Source of the DNA: Mobula hypostoma
Lineage: Eukaryota
Direction of reading: 5' to 3'
DNA length: 64,000 bases
Assembly: GCF_963921235.1 (NCBI RefSeq)
Contig: NC_086097.1
Span: 78,370,001-78,434,000 of the forward strand
The stretch's first letter is position 1; every line of letters starts with the position of its first letter. The notes beneath the pieces are model-generated. The model saw only the letters and a list, made by a program, of their open reading frames with translations. It had not been told where the DNA came from and made no database searches. Below are positions 54,901-64,000 of this stretch, one piece after another. Both the position numbers and the translations under genes were made by a program.

Positions 54901-55440
54901 CACTGGTCATTACAAATTAGAGGAAACATTGCTTCACTCCTGTAAGCACGCAAGCATTAACCACCTAGAGGAGACAGCTCAGGGTACTCAAAAAGTTACT
55001 AACAACATTGTCCCTTCAAAATCTTCCAAATCTATTGGCAGAATAAATGAACCAACATTAACATAATCACACAAGCCAACTGCACCAGATTGATATTCCT
55101 GTTATATTCAGCTGGCTCCAATGGGCAGGCCACGTCATCCTTAGCAATAATACCAGACTCCTAAATAGGGACTCAAGGCATACATTAACATTCTCACTGA
55201 TTCTTGGGAAGCTTTGACAGTAGCCAAACTAAACAGAGAAGGAAAATAGGAAGGCACTAAAACCCTTGAGTCTCTTTCTGGGAAGCTCAGGAAATGAGCA
55301 AAAATAGCAGAGCACACCAGCTCCAGTCATAAATAATCTGTCGTATTTGTAGTAGAGACTGCAGACTCCGCATTAGCCTTTTCAGTGACCTCAGATCCAC
55401 GGACTAGCAATGGAAGCAAGCCATTCTTGATCCTCAGGTT
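51930..55440 (+). mobile_element. Nested stack: old RTE-like LINE (51930-52225, 54480-55440) > CR1 3' end (52240-54475) > Rex1 (52613-54303)
   Basis: RIGLTVNFLKTKV is RTE-like. CR1 motifs ETRTRGHSLKI..FSQRVVNLWNSLP. Rex1 RT ORFs 52692-53670 with a (gactt)n tail and ACTATA repeated on both flanks. Confidence 0.75.
54662..54931. mobile_element. hAT-type MITE
   Basis: TIRs CAATGTTCCCTCTAA / TTAGAGGAAACATTG and an 8-bp TSD CTGCACTC/CTTCACTC. Confidence 0.85.
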
Positions 55441-55829
55441 TTTAATCTCTAAATCAGTCAAGTTATTTTGCTTAAGTGGAGCTTGGGAAAGTTGGTCCAT
55501 CCAGTGTAAAAGTAGCTTAACTTTTATTCAATGCAATGGAAATGTGAAGAGCGTGGCCATCTAGTAAATGAAATTACATTTCCAATACTTTTTCCACAAA
55601 ATGAAAGGCAATCTCTACTAGGATATATTTAACAGAATATGATAGAATATGATTTGGTCCTCTGCCCATATTTCTCCTGCAGTTACATGCTATTGGAGCA
55701 TTAATAAGTTATAACAATAAATTAAGCAAAGTGTTGCATGCTCTAGCCACAAACTTCTTCTTAGCTTATACTCATGACTAAATACCATATCCAGATTGCA
55801 TCAAAATGGACAGATGGAGGATTCCATAT

Positions 55830-57935
55830 AGAACATAGAACAGTATAGCAGAGTACAGGCCCTTCAGCCCATGATTTGTGCCAATCTTTTAACCTCCTCC
55901 AAGGTTAATCTAACCCTTGCCTCCCACATAGGCCTCCACTTTTCCTTCCTCCATGTGCTTATCTAAGAGTCTCTTATAAGTCCCTAATGATTCTGCCTCT
56001 ACCAGTATCCCTGGCTGTGTGTTTTACACACCTACTACACTGTGTAAAAATGCTCAATCCAGCATTTCCCCTATACTTTCTTCCAAACACCTTAACGTTT
56101 CTGGCACTCTTTCAAAGGTTCAAAGGTTCAAAGATTCATTTATTATCCGAGCATCCCACCAAAACTATAAGACTGTAAGAAACTTCTTATCAATGCTTCT
56201 TATCACCTTATCATCTTGTACCTCTGTCAAATCACCTCTCAGCCTCCTTCACTCCAAAGAGAAAAGCCTTAGCTCACTCAACCTATTCTCATAAAACAAG
56301 CTTTCTAATCCAGGGAGTAACCTTAAAATTCTCTTCTGCATCCCCTGCAAAGCATCCACACCATTCCTATAAGGCAACCAGAATATTCCATGTGTGGTCT
56401 AACCAGGCTTTTAAAAAGCTGCATCATTACTTCATGCCTCTTGAACTCAATCCCTCAACTAACAATGAAGACCAGCATCCCATACACCTTCTTAATCACA
56501 CTATCAACTTGCACTGCAATTTATGGGATTTATGATGTGGACCCCCAGATCTCCCTGTTCCTCCATACAGTTGTGAATCTTGCCATTAACTCTATATTCT
56601 GCCTTCAAATTTGAATTTCCAAAATGTATCACTTCACACTTTACCAGATTGAAATCCATCTGCCCTTTCTCAGCCCAGCTCTGCATCCCATCAATCTCCC
56701 ATTGCAGCTTACAACAACCTCTTATACTATCCACAGCACCATATGAAAACTTATTAACCCACCCTACCACTTACCCATCCATCAATTATAAATATCACGA
56801 AGGACAGGGATTCCACAACGGATCCCTGAGGAACACCACTGGCCAGTAACCTCTGGCCAGAATATGCTCCCATCTACTACCAACCTCTGGCTTCTGTGGG
56901 CAAACCATTTCTGAATCCACACGGCCATGTTTCCCAGGATCCCATTCTTGTTGTTTTTCTAAATGACCCTACAGGAACTTTGCCAAATGCCTTACTAAGA
57001 TCCACATACACCACATCCGGTGCTCTACCTTCATCAATTTAGTTTGTCACTTCCTCAAAGTACTTAATCAGACTTATGAGGCACGACCTTCCCCCCTCAG
57101 AAAGCCATGTTAATTATCTGTAAATAGACTCTCCAACTGCTCGTAAATTCTATCTCTAGGAATCTCCTCCAATAGTTTGTCCACTACTATGGGATTAACC
57201 TTAGTACATTTTATTGACTAAAGGAATAATATTTGACTCCCTTCAATCTTCAGGAACTAATCCTCAAGCCAATGAGGACACAAAAGTCATCACCAAAGGC
57301 ACAGAATTCTCTTCCCTCACTTCCTGTAGAAACTTGGGGTATATCTCATCTGGCTCCAGAGACTTAGCTCTCTTTTAATGTCTTTTAAAAGTTCCAGCAT
57401 ATCCTCTTTCTTATCGTCAATATGTTCCAATGTGTGAGCCTGCTCTATGCTGACCTCATTCATAAAGATCCCTCTCACTGCTGAATACTGAAGTAAAGTA
57501 CCAATTAAGGATTTTCCCAACCTACTCCAACTCCAGACATATCTTTCCTCTTATATCTCTGATCAATCCTACTCTGACTCTAGTCATCCTCCGATTCTTC
57601 ACATGCGTATAGAATGACTTGGGGGTCTTCCTTAATCCTATTCGCCAAGGCCTACTCTTGCTTCCATCCAGCTCTCCTGTTTATTCATAAGCCCCTTCCT
57701 AGCTACCTTGTAACTGTTTAGACCTCTGTCTGATTCTTGCTTCCTAAACCTTAAGCAAGCTTCTTTCTTCCTCTTGACCAGATGTTCCAAATATCTTGTG
57801 AACCATGGTCCCTTTCACCCTGTAATCATTTCTCTGCCTCAATGGGACAAACTATTCAGAACCCCATGCAACTGCTCCCTAAACAACCTTCACATTTCCA
57901 TTGTACATTTCCCTGAGTCTATCCATTCCCAATTT
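55830..57935 (-). mobile_element. Degenerate CR1 LINE
   Basis: WAEK.QMDFN..KCEVIHFG on the minus strand; (atagaac)n tail at ~55830. Confidence 0.85.
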
Positions 57936-57943
57936 AGAACATA

Positions 57944-60206
57944 CACTCAATGCCCACTTTATTAGGTACACCTGCACACCTGCTTGTTAATGCACCTATA
58001 TAATCAGCTAATCATGTGGCAGCAACTCAATGCATAGAAGCATGCAGACAAGGTCAAGAGGTTCAGTTGTTGCTCAAAGCAAACATCAGAATGGGGTCAG
58101 AAATGTGATCTAAGTGACTTTGACCATGGAGTGTTTGTTGGTGCCAGATGGGGTGGTTTAAGTATCTCAGAAACTTATTTCCTGGAATTTTCCCACATGA
58201 GTCTCTAGAGCAGGGGTAGGTAACCTACGGCCCGTGGGCCAGATCCGGTCCGTCAGCAAATATTGGGATACTATGCTTATCCGGCCTGCAAGCGATTTTT
58301 CCTTATTCTTAGTGTTTCACGCGACCTCACTCATGGACATGCATGGTGTCTTGTTACACTGGCCCCAGGTTCCGTTCTGTTCCAAACCAAACATTGGTAT
58401 ATACAAATGACGGGAAGGCAGGCTACCTTATTAATATGTATTAGATACTCTCCGTGCACGCGCAGGTTTTCAGATGGGATCGTTCAAATTTCTAAACAGA
58501 AACAGCATCACTGTGTTTTAACAAGAAATCCACACTAAATATCCAGATATTTACATGTGCTATGATACTTGTTGAATAACTCCCGCTTCGAAATAAAATC
58601 GAAGAAAAAAATTCCAAAGGCAATGAATGCAAAACGCAGGAATTTAGACACTGAGTGCTGAAATTTCCAGGACATTTGGACACTAGATTACTTCTTCATC
58701 GAGCAAGCTGGGAAACCAGTTTGTCTCATTTGCCTAGAAAATGTTGCTGTGAAGAAGGTGGCAAATATCAGGCAACATAGTCCCGCCATAGTGGAAATTT
58801 GAACAAGTTTACTGGGCAAGCAAGGAAAGATTAAGTTGAGTGAATGAAGGCTAGTTTCGGAAAACAAACGTTATTTTTTTGCCAAGAAAAGCAATGAAAA
58901 TGAGGGAAATACCCGTGCCAGCTATGAAGTCTCAAAACGTATTGCAGAAAAGAAGAAGCCTTTTACAGATGGAGAGTTTGTCAAAGAATGTTTACTGGCA
59001 GTGGTGGATATTGTTTGTCCTGAAAAGAAATCTTCATTTGCATCTATGAGCATGTCAGCAAGAACGATCACAGGGCGAGTTGAAGAAATGTCAGCAGACG
59101 TTAAAAGTTGTTTAAGGGATGCCTGCAACGAATTGCAATTTTTTTCAATTGAGCTTGATCGTTTTGTTGATTTTCGCCTGCCTGCAAATGAGTTCAAGTT
59201 GTTTGCTACTCCATTTGATGTGGCAGTGGACACTGCATCAGATATTTTTCAAATGGAATTGATTGAGATGCAGTGTGACGACATATTGAGATCGGAGTTT
59301 CATTCTGAAGATGTGTCAGTGTTTGACTTCTATAGAAAATACATTCATCCAAGTGGGAAGTATCCTAACTTAGTGGACCATGCAAAAAAGATGGCATCAT
59401 TGTTTGCCAGCACTTACCTGTGTGAGCAATTATTTTCAAAAATGAAGCACACCCAGAACTATTTGAGAACAAGATTGACTGATGCCCATCTGGATAATGT
59501 CTTGCTCTTGGCATCAACAAGTCTGACACCCAATATTGAGAAGCTTTCAAGCACCAAACAGCATCAAGTTTCACATTGATTTATCAACTGTTTGCATTAA
59601 ATGTTTCTTTTTTATTATACTTAATTTACCACCATTCAATGCATCATGTTCATACGTTTTATTCTTTGTGTCCTTTTAATAGATTCATAAGATGCCTTGA
59701 TTGAATAAATTACAACTAAACTGAGTTCTTTGATTACTAATTGGCATCCTTGGTTAAGCACAAATGATTTTCTAGCATGCGTTATTAATTTAAGGCAAAA
59801 CATAACTAGATGTATTTAAATGGATAATTCCCATATTCTAATTTTTTTATGGCATTTATCTGGCCCACCATCCGCTCATTAATACGCAATCCAGCCCACA
59901 GAGGCAAAAAGGTTGCCAACCCCTGCTCTATACTTTACAGTGAATGTCGCATAAAACAAAAATCATCCAGTGAAGAGCATTCTGTGGGTGAAAATGTCCA
60001 GTTAATGAGAGAGATCAGAAGAGAATTGCCTGACTAGTTCAAACTGATAGGAAGGTGACACTAACTCAAATAACCACGCATTAAACAGTGAATGCAGAAA
60101 AATATCTCTGAATGCACAACATGTCGAACTTTTAAGTGGATGGGCTACAGAAGCAGAAGACCACACCAGGTACCACTCTTATACCTAATAAATTGGCCAC
60201 TGAGTT
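57944..60206. mobile_element. Non-autonomous Tc1/mariner element hosting a hAT insertion
   Basis: TIRs CACTCAATGCCCACTTTATTAGGTA / TACCTAATAAATTGGCCACTGAGT, flanked by TA. Confidence 0.8.
58211..59925 (+). mobile_element. Internally deleted hAT (Charlie/Buster group, GTF2IRD2/SPIN-like transposase)
   Basis: TIRs CAGGGGTAGGTAACCT / AGGTTGCCAACCCCTG; TSD CTCTAGAG/CTCTATAC. Motifs GKPVCLICLENVAV, KKPFTDGEFVKEC, and STYLCEQLFSKMK..RTRLTD (hAT dimerisation domain). Confidence 0.9.
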
Positions 60207-60214
60207 TAGAACAC

Positions 60215-63200
60215 CACAGCACAATATCACCCCCTTGACCCATGATACTGTGGTGACCTTTTAAGCTACTTTAACATGAATCTAAACCTTCTCTTTTACG
60301 TAGCTCTCTATTTTTCTTTCAACCTTGTGCCTATCTAAAGAATTTCTTGATTGCCCCTAAAGTTTCTACCACTTAGAACATAAAACCATAAAACATAGGA
60401 GCAAATAGGCCATTCAGCCCACAGAGTCTGATCTGCCATTCTATCATGGGTGATTAATTTTCCCTCTCAACTCTATTCTCCTGACTTCTCCTATTAACCT
60501 TTGACACCCTTATTAATCAACAACCTTCACTTTAAACACAACCAGTGTCTTGGATTCCACAGCCATCTGTGTCAATGGAGTTCACAGATTCATCACCCTC
60601 TGGCTAAAGAAATTCCTTCTTATCTCTATTCTAATGAGACAACTTTCTATTTTAAGGCTGTGCCGCCTGGTCTTAAGCACTCCTACTATTTGAAACATCC
60701 TCTCCACCTCCCTTTCAATATTCAGTAGGTTTCAATAAGATCCCACCGAATTCTTCTAAACTCCAGTGAGTACAGGCCCAGAGCCATCAAAAGCTGCTCA
60801 TACATTAACAATTTAATTTCCAGGGTCATTCTCGTAAACCTCCTCTGGACCCTCTCTAATGCTTGCACATCCTTTCTTAGATGTGGGATCCTACACTGCT
60901 CACAATACTCCAAATATAATCTGATCAATGTCTCAGCATTGCATTCTTGCTTTTACATTCTTGTCCTCTTGAAATGAATGCTAATAATTGCATTTGGCTT
61001 CTTTACTGATGGCTTAACCCTGCTAGTTAACCTTTAAGGAATCCTGCATTAGGATTCCTAACTCCCTTTGCAACTTCAATTTCTGAATTTTCTCCTTGCT
61101 TAAAAAATAGTCTATGCCTACATTTCTTCTTCAAATGCATGTCTGTCTAAGTCCTTCTGCGCACTCTCTTTCTTCAACATAACCTTCCCCTCAACCTACC
61201 TTTGTATCATCCACAAAGTCATCAATTTCATCATGCAGGTCATTAGATTTTTTTTAGATTAGATTAGATTATGAGGACAGTCAGTCCTCGTTTATTGTCA
61301 TTTAGAAATGCATGCATTAAAAAATGTTACGACACTCCTCCAGAATGATTTAACAAGATGTTTTCGCTCACAGAACAGCCACTCACTGGATGTCTTTTTG
61401 TTTTTGGCACCATTCTTTGTAAACTCCAGAGTCTGTTGTGCATAAAAATCCCAGGAGATCAGCAGTTTCTGAGATACTCAAATCACCCTGGGCGGCACCT
61501 AATTAATTAGCTTGTTTATTTCGGTGCTGGTGCACTCTGGCTAGCACTGCACCACTGACTGCTGAACTCTCTGCCACCACCCAGGTCTCATCACGTATGA
61601 AGCACCAGTAGTGTTATACTGTTTACTTTTTAACCTGTGTAGTAAATGCCATTCCACCCTGAGAACAAATCTGTGGCTAACCATTTAATCCATTTAACCA
61701 TTTATTCTTATTATATCTATCAAGTCTATCAAGTCAATTTTCATCCACCTTTGCTTCAAAAAGAAAAATGTTAGCTCGCTCAACCTAACTTCATAACACA
61801 TGTTCTGTAATCCAGGCAATATCCAAGTAAATCCTGAAAGGGCCTTCTCCATGCTGTAAATCAAAGTCACAGTTCAATGTTCAAAGTAAATTTTATTATC
61901 AGAGTACATGTATGTCATCACATACAACCCTGAGATTCAGTTTTCTGCAGGCATACTCAGTAAATCTATAGAATAGTAACTATGATAGGATAAATGAAAA
62001 ATCAGCCAGAGACAACAAACTGTGCAAATACAAATATAGCAATAAATAATGAGAACGTGAAATATCACGATAAAGAGTTCTTAAAATGAGATCGTTGGTT
62101 GTGGGAACATCTCAATGGATGAGTAAGTGAATGTAATTATCCCCTTTTGTTCAAGAGCCTGATGCTTGAGGGGTAGTAACTGTTCCTAAACCTGGTAGTG
62201 TGAGTCCTGAAGTTCTTGTACCTTCTACCTGAAGGGTGGTGTGGATCTCTGATGATGGATGGTGCTTTCCTATGACTGTGTTTCATGTGGATGTGCTCAT
62301 GGTTGGGAGGACTTCACCAGTGATGTACTAGGCCGCATCCACTACCTTTTGTATGATTTTCTGTTCAAAGGCATTGGTATTTCCATATCAGGCCATGATA
62401 CAACCAGTCAATACATTCTCCCACTACACATCAATAAAAATTTGTCCGAGTTTTTGATGACAGACCAAATCTCCACAGTCTCCTAAGGAAGTTGAAATGC
62501 TCTCGTGCTTTTTTGCAATTACATTTACATGCTGGGTCCAGGGAAGGCCCTCTGAAATAGTAACACCCAAGAATTTAAAGATGCTAGCCCCCTCTGGTGC
62601 TGATTCTCCAATAAGGACTGACTCATGGACTTCTGGTTTTCCTCTCCTGAAGTCTACAATCAGTTGCTTGGTCTTGCTGACAGAGTGGGAGGTTATTGAC
62701 TCCACTCAGCCAAGTTTTCAATCATCCTCTTGTATGCTGATTCATCACCACCTTTGGTAAAAATTTAAATAAATAAATCTCCTTTGCACCTTCTCTGAAG
62801 CGTTTACACCCTTTCTATAATGAGGCAACCAGAACTGAACACAATACTCCCCAAGTGTGGTCTAGCCAGGATTTTATAGAGCTGCAACAATACCACATGC
62901 TGCTTTAACTTAATCCCATGAGTAATGAACCTACTTATACCATACACTACTTAACCACCCTATCAACTTGCCCAGCAACTTTGAAGGATTTGCGGATGTA
63001 TACCCCAAGATCTCTCTGTGCTCCTCCACACTCTTAAGAATCCTGCCATTAACTTTGTATTCTGCCTCAAAATCTGACCCTCCAAAGTGAATCACTTCAC
63101 TCTTCTCCGGGATGAACTGCATCTGCCAGTCCTCAGCCCAGCTCTGTGTTCTGTCAATGTCCTGTTGTAACCTACAACAACCTTCTACACATCCACAACT

Positions 63201-63650
63201 CCATGTCATCTGCAAATTTACTAACCCACTCTCCCACTTCCTTATCCAAGTCATCTATAAAAATCACAAACGGCAGGGATCCCAGAACAGTTCCCTGTGG
63301 AACATCAATGATCACTGACCTCCAGGAAGAATATCTTTTGCCTTCTATAGGTAAACCAATTCTGAATCCAAGCTTCCCTGGATCCCAAGTCTCTTGACTT
63401 TCAGAATGAGCCTACCATTCATTTATACTCCCAAGTTCCTGTCTAATAGCATAATTATTCACCCTCTCCCAATTAAATACTTTCCTATACCGCTTGCTCC
63501 TATCCCTCTCCAGGGCTATGAGTTGTGGTCACTGCTCACGCACTGAGAGATCTGACACCGGATCAGTACCAAATTCAGTAAGACCTCTCCTCCAGTTGGC
63601 TGTCTACATACTGTGTCAGGAATCCTTCTTGGGCACACCTAACATATATG
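60215..63650 (-). mobile_element. Cluster of CR1 fragments with a minus-strand Rex1 (~61870-62755) and a Tc1-MITE fragment (~61340-61500)
   Basis: LERVQRRFTRM, WAEDWQMQF.PEK.EVIHFG (CR1); SKTKQLIVDFRR..FKFLGV (Rex1). Confidence 0.8.
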
Positions 63651-63654
63651 CAAG

Positions 63655-64000
63655 CAACACACATCAAAGTTGCTGGTGAATGCAGCAGGCCAGGCAGCAT
63701 CTCTAGGAAGAGGTACAGTCGACATTTCAGGCCGAGACCCTTCGTCAGGACTAACTGAAGGAAGAGTTAGTAAGGGATTTGAAAGTGGGAGGGGGAGGGG
63801 GAGATCCGAAATGATAGGAGAAGACAGGAGGGGGAGGGATGGAGCCAAGAGCTGGACAGGTGATTGGCAAAGGGGATATGAGAGGATCATGGGACAGGAG
63901 GCCCAGGGAGAAAGACAAGAGGGGGGGAACCCAGAGGATGGGCAAGGGGTATAGTCAGAGGGACAGAGGGAGAAAAAGGAGAGTGAGAGAAAGAATGTGT
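63655..64000 (-). mobile_element. Penelope pLTR/3' end (continues past the window)
   Basis: Near-identical to 14729-15060. Confidence 0.9.
63717..63752 (-). ncRNA. Minimal type I hammerhead ribozyme motif
   Basis: Minus strand AGTC-CTGACGA-AGGGTCTCGGCCT-GAAA-TGTC-GACT, with intact CUGANGA and GAAA boxes, a GUC site and helix I AGTC/GACT. Confidence 0.75.

Noticed and set aside
59001..59579. Domesticated GTF2IRD2/EPM2AIP1-like host gene
   Set aside because: It is bounded by TIRs and a TSD, and is frameshifted and internally deleted, so it is a transposon relic.

Overview
This is eukaryotic, vertebrate-type genomic DNA with no recognisable spliced host exon, so probably a large intron or intergenic region. 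The repeat mix (CR1, Rex1/Babar, RTE, Penelope, V-SINE, Tc1 and hAT MITEs) resembles cartilaginous-fish genomes; that is an inference. About half the window is nested, decayed transposons. The stand-out object is a 3.85-kb Gypsy (Mag-like) LTR element at 40520-44372 with two 201-bp LTRs, a perfect 5-bp TSD (GAAGT), a PBS and a PPT. It keeps gag and protease, but RT/RNase H/integrase are replaced by an intronless, full-length copy of the host SUDS3 (Sin3-HDAC corepressor subunit) mRNA. Once a later TSD-flanked insertion is removed, the SUDS3 ATG is in frame with gag-protease. The element's leader also carries a second captured host mRNA piece that resembles the ACIN1 C-terminus. This copy is now pseudogenised. 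Other items: Penelope hammerhead ribozyme motifs, two solo LTRs, a deleted hAT nested in a Tc1-type MITE, a ~126-bp near-perfect palindrome, and a locally duplicated ~100-bp hairpin unit. All family and gene calls come from recognising motifs by eye, not from database searches.
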